From Auanema rhodensis (lineage: Eukaryota; Animalia; Nematoda), in the NCBI GenBank assembly GCA_964057225.1, contig OZ059897.1:13144001-13208000 (forward strand): 64,000 nucleotides of DNA, written 5' to 3'. The position numbers and the translations under genes were made by a program. Positions 38,706 through 57,527 of the stretch are shown piece after piece. Under the pieces are notes generated by a model. The model saw nothing but the letters and a program-made list of their open reading frames with translations. It was not told the origin of the DNA and did no database searches. Within the stretch, counting starts at the first letter, position 1. Each line of letters opens with the position of its first letter.

Positions 38706-40718
38706 ATGGTAGTGAGTGCGATAGCTGAATTAGTAAGCGTACGAGAAGATGCTCTGCGTTTATTACTTTCGGTGTTAGCAGGTATTGATTATTAAAAATT
38801 TTTCTTTGCTGAAGTTCATTTTACAGGCTATCCTCTTGCTACTATTCATAGATCGTTTTTCTGCAATAAATCTCCTTCGACTCAGCACACATTTTTCGTT
38901 GTTGCTGGAATCCTGCTTTACCTTTTCAATTGCGGTAATTTTCTCAGTTAGTATTTGTTCTTAATAGAGTTTTCGTAATTTAGGATTTGCTATTGCTCAC
39001 AGTTTAATTTCGATAGTCTTTGCTTATGTTATTACTAACTATATGGCTGGAACACAAGCTTCCATTATTGCTGCACACACATGTTTCCTGGTAATTTCAA
39101 ACTTTTTTGCTGTAATAACCGTTTACTACTAGGGACATTTACTATTGGGTTATGTTTATGCTGAAACTGATCAGTATGATATAACGTGGACTACTCCTTT
39201 CTGTATCATGAGTCTGCGATTTATTGGACTTGTCATGGATGTTTATGATGGAGTTCATTATGTATGTTGTTACTATCTCTCCCTCATATATGTTTTTCTT
39301 ATTATAGGAGAAATCTAAACCAGATCAGCAAAAAACAGCCATTCGTGACGCCCCAGGTCTTCTCGAAATTGCTGCTTTTGGTATTTTTAAAAATTAATTG
39401 ATTATTTGTTTGTTTCTGCATAGGTCTTTTCTTCACTGGAACACTTGTTGGACCTCAATTTTCCCTTTCTCGTTTCCGTTCTTTTGTAAATGGAGAATTT
39501 TTGGATGAGAATAAGCAATCGAAAGACTCTGCGTAAGTGAATAATATCTTATTGAGCTATCAAATATTATATTTTAGCATTATGGTCTCACTTGGACGCT
39601 TCCTATTTGGTGTTTTCTATATGGTCATTCACCAATGGGGTGCTGTATGGATTCCATCTGACTACTTTAACAGTGAAGCCTATTTTGTATGCTGGATATA
39701 TGTTGTACGATTGATGAAATAACTTCTTTTAGGGCTTGTCTCTGTTCTGGAGATGGACATGGGCTACTATTTGGTTCCGTTTAACCATGTACCGTTATTG
39801 CGCAATGTGGTTAATTACTGTATGTTTTTTCCTGTTAGCCTTATCTGTTATAAGCTATTTTTTTTGCTTGTCTGCTTTTCTCATTTGCTATTTTTAGGAA
39901 GGTGCTGCTGTTCTCAGTGGAATTGCTTACAATGGCAAAGATGAAAAGGGAAATGACAGGTTCTTATATTCATCCTTTTCTATACATACCTTGTATATCT
40001 AAATCACAAACTATCACAATTAAGATGGGACGGTGTTCGCGATCTTCATATAACTGGATGGGAAACTGGGCACGATTTCAACTCCGTAGTCTTAAGTTTC
40101 AATTGTGGAACTAACACTTTTGCTAAAAAGTATTTTGTATTTGTTAACTGATTTTTAATTATTTTTTCTTTTAGTCATTTGTTCCGTCGTCTCCGATGGC
40201 TCAACAGCAAGCCTCTTGCTCATATTGCCACTCTAATGTATTTAGCTGTATGGCACGGATATCATCTTGGCTATTTCCTACTCTTCTTCTTTGAATTTGC
40301 TTGCATGATCGCTCAAGAACAAGTATTTTCTCAGCATTTTTTAAAAAACTTTTAATCCTCATTTCTAGTTATATTCTTTGATTAATCGCACTCCTGGATT
40401 CAGTGAGTTAATCTCTCAGCCATGGGCTCGACCATTCATTTGGATTTTCGGAAAACTCACTATCAGCTATAGTATGGGTTTCGTTTTCTTGTGCTTCGGA
40501 CTCATCAAAACCAAATATTGGTGGGCGGTATGTGATTTTTACAGATTTCTCGGAATTCGTTGTATTTTTAGCCAGTCAAATCTATGTACTTCATTGGATT
40601 CATCTTTTACTTTTTGGTGTGGCCCATTCTTTTCCAAGTTTTATTACGTGTTCTCCCAAAGAAGAAAAAAGAAAAAGTCGATGATGGAAAGTCTGTTGAG
40701 AAGAAGAAAGAACTCTAA
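38706..40718 (+). CDS. mboa-6: Lysophospholipid acyltransferase (LPCAT3/MBOAT5 orthologue)
   Basis: EDALRLLLSVLAGYPLA, YDITWTTPFCIMSLRFIG, LVGPQF, SFNCGTNTF, catalytic LAVWHGYHLGY. Confidence 0.94.
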
Positions 40719-41491
40719 TTACTCAGCGATTACCGGTTCAGTCATAAGCTTACTAAATAGATTATTACTATTGTATCTAAAAACGGCTATAGTTTCAGCA
40801 TTGTGATTTCAAAAGTTGCCTTTGTTTTTAATAACTTATGATGTTGTCTGATAGATATTTAAATTAACTATAAATAATATTGAAGAATAATTTTTGATAC
40901 TTTCATTGTTTTTCTTAATTGCAATCCTCAATCATAATGCACACTATCATAAATGATGACAAAAAGAGACTATTGCGATTACAGATCAAAAACGTTTCGG
41001 CGTGTGGTGGAGTTCTGGACCGTATTCATTGCAAATTCTCAATGTTATCACTTGACTCGAGTTGAGCTTATCGTTTTTAAAATCATCCTTTTGTGATTTT
41101 TATCATCATTTTTAATATTCAGTTATAGTCATGCAAAGTGGGTACAACTAGTAACATTTGATTTCAATTATTTATGTGTCCGTAAGCCTCTACGAGGTAT
41201 AAGAACGTTAAAGCGCTCCGCGGCATTTCAATGTTGGTCTACGCATGAGCGGTTGGTTGTGCCGGAGCGTTTTTCGTTGCTCTGAAAGGGTGCTGGTTTT
41301 CGTAATTCTCTTATTTAATTTATTTCAACATTTATTTTGTTTGCTCTTATTATATATCGCATAGTTACCATAGTAACAGTATTTCTATATCATATGAGAA
41401 TATATGAGAATATGTATATATTTTTTATTTAAGCTTTCATTTTTTTCATTTTATTTGAATTTTATTAATGTGCTTTAGGGTATATTCGACC

Positions 41492-47912
<6,421 letters not shown>

Positions 47913-49070
47913 TTGACGGGTTTTACTTTTAACTACAATTCAAACACATATCTCTTCAACTGAGCTTTGTTCTAAGTTTTCGGTGTTTAAAAAATTTTAA
48001 TTTTTCCTTTTTTATGTCAATTTTCAATCTGAAAATGTGGATATCTTTCTATCCTTATCATAATATTTACGAAATTGAACTTCATGATTCATTTGACCTG
48101 TTTTTCATAAAACTTTTTTTTAATATTTGTTACTACACAAATTACATGATATGACTCGAATTGCAAGAGTGATTGATGATCGTAGCGCTGATTTTATACT
48201 TATCTATGACGCGATGATTTGGCTAATTAAGGCATTTCTACATAATTTATATGTAACCAAGCTATAAATAGGCACAAGGATGACGTTGTTTCCCGAATGA
48301 TTACCTTACCCAGCTTTGAGCTCAACACTTCGATCCTATTTCTAAACCAGTTTCTACGTTCTGTCAAGCTTGATGTTTCGTCAAGCATTTTTCCTAAGCA
48401 TAATATGTATGTTTCATCTAATAGTAGAAGGTAAGTATTCTTTCACAATGTATTTGCTTATTGAATAATTTAGTTGATTCTTCTATTCCGATACAGCGTA
48501 GAGACGACTATAATAATCATCCTTCACTGATACCAATGGGAAAAGTTTGTTATATATGTTTATTTATAACTTTTTATATTTATTTCAGTGGCTTCAAAGG
48601 CATTTAGACACCTATTCAAAGAAAAGGATTACTATCGCTATCAATTCTACAGACACTCCTTCTCAATGAATAGAATAATTATTAATGTCTTGTATATTCA
48701 AATTAAAATAAAGAATTTATAGTTAAGTACCGCGTGCAAATAATACAAGTTGAAAACGAAACATACAGAAATCACTAAAGCAATATAAAATAGGATTTCC
48801 GTCCGGCGGTAGTGCTAGACATGGCAAAATCACTAGAATCCGCCAAACATAAATTCATTACCTACAAAGTGTTGAGGTATAACTTGCAGATAAATAGGTA
48901 ACTAATGTTTTATAAGAATCATTAGACTGTGTCTATTTAGTATATGAGAAATAAATACAATCACAACTTGTTAGTACAAACGTAATGTATGAAAAAATGA
49001 CTGCTCAATATGAATAGATAGTGAACTAGATTTCACAAAATAATAGTAAATGAATCAGAAAAACCTATTC

Positions 49071-50294
49071 CTACTCTTCTTCTTCTAAGAGGTGTTGTCT
49101 AGATTCATCTGATCCTGCCCGTTTAGAATAATAAAAGTATTGCATAATCATCACAGCATCAAAACAACAGCACCCTAAGCTTCCAGCTAGCCAAGGAATA
49201 TGTCTAAATTAAATATACATGTACTCTTCTGAAGGCAGAAACACAGAGTATGGTAGAAAATATGTAAAAATATAAAACGCACCTGACTAGATAAAGCCAG
49301 CTAGTAGTGGCCAATAAAACAGATATTCCATAAGTAAGATTAGCAGCAACAATAATGTAAAACATTGTTAGCGATAACCCTGTTAAGAAAAAAATATAAA
49401 AAATACATAAGTTAACCATACCTTCACAGCTTTTCCGTTGATAGTTTTTTATGATTTGAGGAATTCTTCCTCCAAAATAACACAAAGCAGCTATGCTACC
49501 AATAACATATCCAACCTCAAATGAAAAATACAATTTCAACTAATAAAATAAAAAAACCATGTCGGAATAGCTATCAAAGAAGGGCCAAACGCCCTGAACC
49601 GTTGATGTGGTTAAACTGGATTCTCTAAAATAAATTTATTTCAACACAATACATTAAAAAAACGTACAGAAAACCACTTTCTCTTATATGCCTTGAAGGA
49701 ATAACATTAGATACTTGAGGAGTCAAACATAAGGACCCAAAGGAAGCTAAAGCGAGGCATGGTACCACAATAGTAGCACCTGAATCAAAAGAGTACAAAA
49801 CAGTTGAAAATCAACACAAACTTCTCTGAGCCTTCTTAGGATAAATTTTGCAGTAATATCCATATTGTGCCCATAAGACTAAATCTTGAATAATATAATA
49901 CACTCCAATAATTTTTTGAATAGGTTGTTGATTTGTGAGCATAGCTCCAGCCATATTACATGTATCTCCGACTAACCTTTAAAGGAGCATAGATGCCAAG
50001 AAAATATAATGAAGAATCTTACCAGAAAAACAAAAATGCCAATGAAAGACCGTCGCATTTTTTAGTTCTATAATTTTGTAACAACTGAGGAAATAAGGGG
50101 ACGAGCCATAAAAGCAAAGATATCAAGCCAACCACAAATCCAACAAGCTTTAGCTCAGTATCAACGCAATCAGAAAATACCTGTAAGTGTTTGTTTATAT
50201 TTCTTATTATTAGCATTTTACTTACATCTTTGATCCACTGAATACCTTCCGTACAGTTAGCATCTTCCGAAATAGTTAGTCCACCTTTTTTCAT
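49071..50294 (-). CDS. laat-1: Lysosomal cationic amino acid transporter (PQLC2 orthologue)
   Basis: [19 protein letters not shown]; two PQ loops ([19 protein letters not shown]); [14 protein letters not shown]; C-terminal acidic dileucine ESRQHLL. Confidence 0.95.
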
Positions 50295-52433
50295 AGCTGT
50301 TGAAAGTGCTAGGCACTGAAAAAAAACTTAAAAAATAGAAATTCCAATAATGTTCATCAAGAAATATAAAATAAACAAATAATGATAATTATAGATACGG
50401 GTCATAAGCAGATCTAAAAAAGAAACGGAAGCCAAACAGTGTGCTCAATTATTGAAAGAAAACAAATATTTTGTAAAAATATTACGACTGAAATCAACAT
50501 TCATTCCAATCAATAATAAGAATATAGTGGTTTTAATATATGACAAACTCAAATAATTAAATCAGCATTATTAATCATATCTGCAAATCCTAACTTAGTC
50601 TTAACGCTAATAGAACAGAGAATTCGATCGATCCGTCCTGTTTTTTGATCCAAAGAGCGAAACAAATTTAATACGCGAAGAACAGTTTGGATAAATACAG
50701 TAATTTATAATAGACTAATAATAAACTTAATAACATTTCATAATAAGAATGCTATGAATGATATTATTCAAGATTTTAAAATATTCCTACTTCGAAAATA
50801 TCAAGAAAGTTAGTAATCATCATACTGTTATTCATTGTTAATATTATGCAGTCAAAATTAAAAAGAAATTATGTAATGTTTAAGAAAATAAAAACACTAT
50901 AAAATGCAAGCATTAAATGATATATAAGCATGTCACATGGTTATTACGATCAAAGATATATATAAGGTGTTCGGAGAAGATTACGTATCTCAGCAAACTA
51001 ATTTTCAACCTCACGTCTATAGATGAAATGTTAAGTAAATCATGCAATATGATAACAATTCCACTATATTATATCTAATAACATGTCTCTAAGAACGTAA
51101 ATAGCAATAGCAATGATTCTTTTTCTACGAAAAAAATTGTGTCGAACATAATTTCAACACTGAAGTGCTTTACTTGTCGCTTATCATATTCTAAAACGGA
51201 AAATTAGTGATATGACCACTAGTTCATTTCTTATCATTTGTGATTATTCGACTGATAAAATTGCCAATTTTGGATGATTAGCATCATGCTTTCATGAACA
51301 ATAAACACAAACCAATGCCTTTACTCAAAGAAAACTGTGATTCTACTGAAACCACTATTTGCTTCGTAATAATTCTAAGAAAAGATTACATATAACAGGT
51401 TTTTTTCGGGTCGAGCTCATCATAGCCAAATAAAACTTTATTATTTAGCTTTTTAGAATTATGTTTGGTTGTATAACATCTGTACCATTGCATTACTTAA
51501 ATCAACAAACTCAGAGTTTTAAATATCCTGAAATATGATCCTTTTTTCCTTCGCGAAAACTTTTGCCATTTGTTTAGTACATTCCAGCGTCATTATGATA
51601 TCAAACTACATTAATTATATTCAACTTAATCTTGCTTGTCCTTTAGATGTAGTATTTAAGAATTTTTGATTTAGAATGCTATATGAGTTATTTTTATCTA
51701 TTTAATGCTACTTATTATTACCATAAAATATCCATATATAGAATTTAATTAGACAATGTCTAGCTCTTGATATGCAACAACACTGACATATAGTCCTTAT
51801 ACTGCTTATAGGAAAACCAAGTTCATTGACAACAATTTTTACTTATTTCCAATTCAACGACATCACGATGTTCGTAGCTCGTCACTTAAAATAATTAAGA
51901 AAGTACAGGACCAATTAATAGCGTGCTAGCTTCATGGGTTTATTGTTCTTTTAACAAATTTATGACGATTTCAACTAGAGTGCATCTTGTTTTTAATATC
52001 TCTATCTTTAGATTCACAAAATTTCTTCAAAAAATAAATATGATGTAGAATTGTGTTATGAGAGAATTAAGATTGTAATATTTTTAAGCTTTGTAAATGA
52101 AAATTAAAATTTTTGTCAGATTATTCGTAATATTTAGTATTAACAAAAAATAATGATTAGAGTAGATCTCAAAAATAACGGAACGACTTCATTTTTCAAA
52201 CAATACTGAGCCATTTGTAGAGAGGGTTAAAGCAATATAGGATCGGTTTACACATTGCTATATTTTAGAAAACATAAGGAAGTTCAGAAAATAACTAGAA
52301 AAAAAACTATAAAATATAGTTACATAAAAGATTAAAAAGAGTTCTATCGTTAATTCGGCGAACTGTTTCTCGAGCTATATTGGTAAAAGGGAAGAGCACG
52401 GTCTATGTGTGTTTCCATAATCTTCCTCTACAA

Positions 52434-53265
52434 CTATCTTCTCCAAAACTTCCGACTAAATAACTGTTTTCGAACCTGGGTGGCTTGTTCGTTATGAGTA
52501 CCACGTCCAATCTGCAAAAGAAATTATAATATTGAGAAGAGTCATTCGTACACAACATATATGTATACCTACATGCATATATTACTTTTGATAACAGTGC
52601 ATGATTTTAGCTTTTAATAAATACATGAATTCAAAGGTTATTGTATGAACTTTTACAGAAGATGCACTTAATTGTCCTCAACGTTAGATTTTGATGAAGT
52701 TCGAACCATTAAATTATAAAGAATTTTTTGTTATTTGACATTCACGCTAGTGAAAGTTCATAAATTTGACTGCAAGTTGAAAAATTTTGGAAGTAAATTT
52801 GAGATGAATGATCGAATATTTTCTATTTAGTTGCATAAAACAGTCTGAGAACATACATTGTTTAATTGAGAAACCATGGATTGAAGTGTGTGCTGTGGAG
52901 GAAGCATTAAAGGCCCAGCTTGTAAACTCGTTGGCATCTAAAAAAGAAATAGCTAAATAATATATTTTTGTTTTGTCTTGTAATATTATGATTTTGACAA
53001 AAACCAATGGTTCCATAATTAATTGAATTTGAAAACTTAAGTAAATTAAATGGAATTTATCATTAATTTCAAGGTGTTATGATTTTTCAGATATTAATTA
53101 TTATTATTATTACTATTTCATAAAATATTGTATACGTTTTGAATTTTTCGCAGATTTTAGTAAAATGAATAATTATGCTTAACTTACCAGAAAAATATCT
53201 TCGGTGTAAGATGGAGCGATAAACATGGCCATAACCAGATATAAGCAGAGATGTGTTGAGTACAT
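52434..53265 (-). CDS. Unannotated 78-aa secreted peptide precursor (candidate neuropeptide), 3 phase-0 exons
   Basis: Exons 53265-53188, 52937-52857 and 52511-52434, all with canonical splice sites: MYSTHLCLYLVMAMFIAPSYTEDIFL|MPTSLQAGPLMLPPQHTLQSMVSQLNN|IGRGTHNEQATQVRKQLFSRKFWRR*. A TTTTACAG acceptor lies upstream of the ATG. Confidence 0.65.
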
Positions 53266-55020
53266 TTAGAAGAATTAATGTAAAAAGATTTTCGCCAAGA
53301 CTGTAAAAAAGTGGGTGTGGCAAGTACAGTACACCTGAACGAACGCGTACAAACGTGCCAAAAAGAAATGTAAATAAAAATACTTAATTCAAATGCACAC
53401 AAAAATACTCAGCATCACATAGAAAAATGAGCTAGTATATAAATAGAAAAATTTGTATCAAGACATGAGTTGAAATATGATTAAACTGAAAAACGAGATC
53501 AAGAGAATGGGAGGTGCTCTACTCATAAAAAATGATGTGACGTTTGCCTGACGAGAACCTCAAATATTCTAATTCATTGAAGAATTGACATTAAAGAAAT
53601 AAATAGTAGAACGTAGGTGAATGCCTGATGAAGTGGGAAATCAGATGTTTCTAATCATTATTTATTCGGCCGTGAAGATAAAAGATGATTATGGTGGTAG
53701 TGACTGTGAAAGTTCTATATTGATGACGTTGATTATCCAAAATAAATGAGCCAAAGAAAAAGCTGAAGAAAGCATGGAAAGCCACCGTCATTATTTGGTG
53801 GAAAAAAATAAAGGTGCATTCGAATGTATGATTGATCATAAATTCATATTGAAAACAGCATGGCCAAGACGGCCAGAGAAGATCGTTTGAAACAATAGAC
53901 CTGATGTATACAAGAGTAGACAATTAGACCTAATAACAAAACGAATTTACTGTGATCGAGCAAAAACAACGAATTCCATGTATCCGGAAATAGTCTTTCT
54001 GACAGTTGAGAGAGAAGCAGAGAGAAAAAAGGAGAAATCTGCTCATTGACTTTAACCTAGTCACAAGCTACATACTTCCTTTGCGATTCCTGAATGAGAC
54101 ATTTTGTAGGCATAAGACGACATGCGGATTTTGGGCCTATTGAATAGAAAAAGATTGATATGTTATCATATATTGGATTGCCATTTTAATTGGTCATAAT
54201 GAAAGCATTTAGAATCCATATATAACAAGCATACGACAGACACTGATGGCAAGCATTAGAAATACGTATATATGACTACATTGTCAATAGCATTATTGGT
54301 GGAAGTATAAATAGGAAAAACGAATAAAACGTTAGCGTATAATTAGGTGGGAGGTTCAGAGGTCCAGAAAACGACAAACCTACATAATTGGTCTCGATAG
54401 CATTTTATTTCAAGAGCTTTTGATATAAGACTTCTCATAACACTCATGGTTTCCACTGATGAAGGTGATACACATCACCAAAAACTACATATAATAAAGA
54501 GAGAAAGAGAGAGAGTAAGAGAGAAAGAGAAAGATTGAAAATTTTGCAGTCAACAATAGCTTCATAAGCCATTCGTATTTGTAATCATTGAAATGGTATA
54601 AAAATTTTATGTAAATTAACGATTGGAGATATCACAACATCTATAAGTAGAAGACTTAGAAATGACCAATGAGAGTAGACGTAAATTGAAAGAAATTTGA
54701 AATAATACAAACTGTATACTGAGAATGAGACTGCAGCATATGAAAACGTTTATGCAACTAACTACATTCACTTGTACTAGAAACGATGGAGCAAAAATTT
54801 CAAGAGGAGGAGCTGTCTTATGTAGTGGGTTGAAAACAAACCTAGAAGAGAGTGCGAACATATATATTTAAATATAAACTTATATGTTTATGCTTCATGC
54901 CAGAACAATTTCTTTCGAACGTGAACTGACATAAACAAGCAGAGATAAATTCGTAATTATTCCTATCAAGTTTACAGAAACAGTTAGAAAACTAATAATT
55001 CCGACAATAATCATATTGCT

Positions 55021-56977
55021 TTAAACAGGTGTACCTTTGGTGACACCAGGGAAAAAGAAAAATTTTTTACGAAGACGACAGCTGAAGTCAGGAATCTGCA
55101 TTTCACTTCTGGCTGTTCGATCTGAGAAAATAAAAGAAAAATAAGTATGTTATTATATGAGAAAAAGGAAAATAAAATGAAATTTTCATTTATCAGGGTA
55201 CTTTTATAATTCAAAAGTTGTAAATAAAAAGGATAAAACTTACTTTGAGAAACTTTTTCATTAACCATCGTTAACATTTCTACTACATCGCTTGATTGAG
55301 CGTGACGAGAGAAAATCTTTAAATTACTAATTTCAAAAATTGAATTAAATCAGAAATAAACCTGACAAATAGCTTGGATAAACCAACTACCTCTTTCACT
55401 GTTTCTCCAAGACACAAAATGAGGTGGAGTAGCGAATGCTAACAAAAAGTCGGCTTCGGCTGGAAGCCGTCGAATGCTCTGAAATAGCAATTTTTAGTCA
55501 AAGAAATCAGGACGAAATTCAATGAGACGCCAATACTCAAAATGGCATGCTATAGTAGACAGTGAAAGATGCTATACCTGGGCTTTTTCCGTTTTGCCCA
55601 TCACGCAGGAAAATAGGCGGAAAGCATCTGGTTGAGAGGTTCCATCAGTTTCCGTCGTAGCAATACCTCGATCATAACGTTCTGAAAGAATTAATAAGAA
55701 CTCTGTTTTTTTGTTTATGACAAAAACAACCTCCGCGACAAGCTTGAATGAAGAAGAGCTTGGGTTTCCCGGCAAGATGAGGCGAGTTAACTGAATTAAG
55801 AGCTGATGCAAAATTATGGGTAGAAATAGTTTGATCATCACAACCTAAAGCTTTTTTACATATGACATATAATAGTAGAAAACTTTACCTAATAATATAT
55901 CATGTTCACCATGAGTTAAAACTATAACTATTACAGATGAGCATCGGAGATGTAAAGGATCTCTCGCAAAATCGGTAATTGCTTGCATCATTTCCTTAAA
56001 ACAGAGCTAAATAATTAATATCTAACTTAATCTTTACCATAGCCTTTAAATTTTCACGTACTATAACTTTATATCCTAATTGGGTGAATAAGTTCGATAC
56101 ATTGGTCTTATCCACCTGGAAATACATATACTTAAATGTCAAAAGACACGGAATTAATAATGTAACACCTGAGTCCCTTTTCTTGTTCCCATAGTCTCGA
56201 ATTGCTCATTATTAATCAGAAGACAAAGACCCTTAGGGGAAGTGAAATTAGGATAGCACTAAAAAAATAAAATAAAGTAAGGAATAGTTCCTATATTAAA
56301 CCACTACTTCAGAGTTATCTTCATAAAACTTCAACTGTTCCTGGGCGGTATTTCCGTCAACTTCTTCTACTTTCAGATCTTTTATTAATCCGTTAAGTTC
56401 AAGTTCAAAATTATCTACAAAAAAACAAATTTAAAAATCAAAACAAGACTAATGATAAAATTTGATCTACCTTTGATGGTAGATACAGATAGCTTGCAGG
56501 AAGTATTATGGCTAATAGCATTTTCTCGATTCTCACTGAAATTGATGTAATGAAAAGATTGGAAAAATATGAACTATAAACACTCACAGAGATTGAAAAA
56601 CAGTTTCAGAAACCAATGGTCTCAAAAGAGAGGCCAGGTGTTCTTGACGGGAATTGACAAGACCCAAATAGAACATGTCAAAGGCCACATCCCCTCTTTC
56701 CTTTACTGCACGTAACAAAGTTTGTCGGGATTTAGTAGATGTGGGACAAGCCTGAAATTGAACGACTTGAACCTAACGATAATTATTTGAACTTACCGTG
56801 ATTTTTTCCAAAACAGTGTCTGTGAAAACAGATTGTGATATGAGAAAAGCGGCAACGTCATCAACGTCCAAATCCTTAAAAAAAGTTTTCAAAATATAAA
56901 AAAATTACTTTTAAAGGGGAAACCTGGCAAAATGTAAGCAGATGTTTATCCAGCAGGCGCCGCCGTTCTTGCTGCAT
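55021..56977 (-). CDS. ced-3: CARD-containing caspase CED-3
   Basis: [17 protein letters not shown]..; [21 protein letters not shown]; VLTHGE; catalytic [12 protein letters not shown]; small subunit [33 protein letters not shown]. Confidence 0.93.
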
Positions 56978-57518
56978 CTAATTTAAGAAAATGTTATGAA
57001 TCATTGAAAAAGTTTTAAGAAAAAAACAAGATTGGAGAAGACAATAAGGTTATTTAGAGCATAAATGGCTGACTCAGCGCGATGGGTAAACTGCCAATTT
57101 ATGCAGAAACTAATGAAACAAAGAACATTAGGATAGTGGACACTATGCGTATTGAAATGGGCAACTAACCCTGAAGAAGATATATAATGAATGCTACCAA
57201 TACTGTGTATAGTCCTGAAATATATAATTTATATAATAAAGAGCCATCTGGTTAATCTAGATCATAATAAAAATTGAGATACGACTTTAAATAAACTCAG
57301 TAATAACTAAAAAGCCATGGAAATTTGAAACATGCTTAGTGTTGTTCACAGTTACAACTAACCTTCCATATTCAGGCGGCAGATCGTTCATAGTCAAGGT
57401 CGTAGGCGTCTTTGGTTTTCGTAATTTCCCTCATTGGGCAGTTATTCATGATATTATGTTCGCAAAAAGCTGTACTGCTTGTCTGTATCGAATTAGTATT
57501 TTCTTAAATGCTGTAGGC

Positions 57519-57527
57519 TTTCGCGCC
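57519..57527 (+). promoter_or_regulatory. E2F (EFL-1/DPL-1) consensus site upstream of ced-3
   Basis: TTTCGCGCC, ~540 nt upstream of the ced-3 ATG. Confidence 0.5.

Noticed and set aside
48405-48600. Splice-like signals suggesting a small gene after the MRP gene
   Set aside because: The joins I tried reach stop codons within a few residues.
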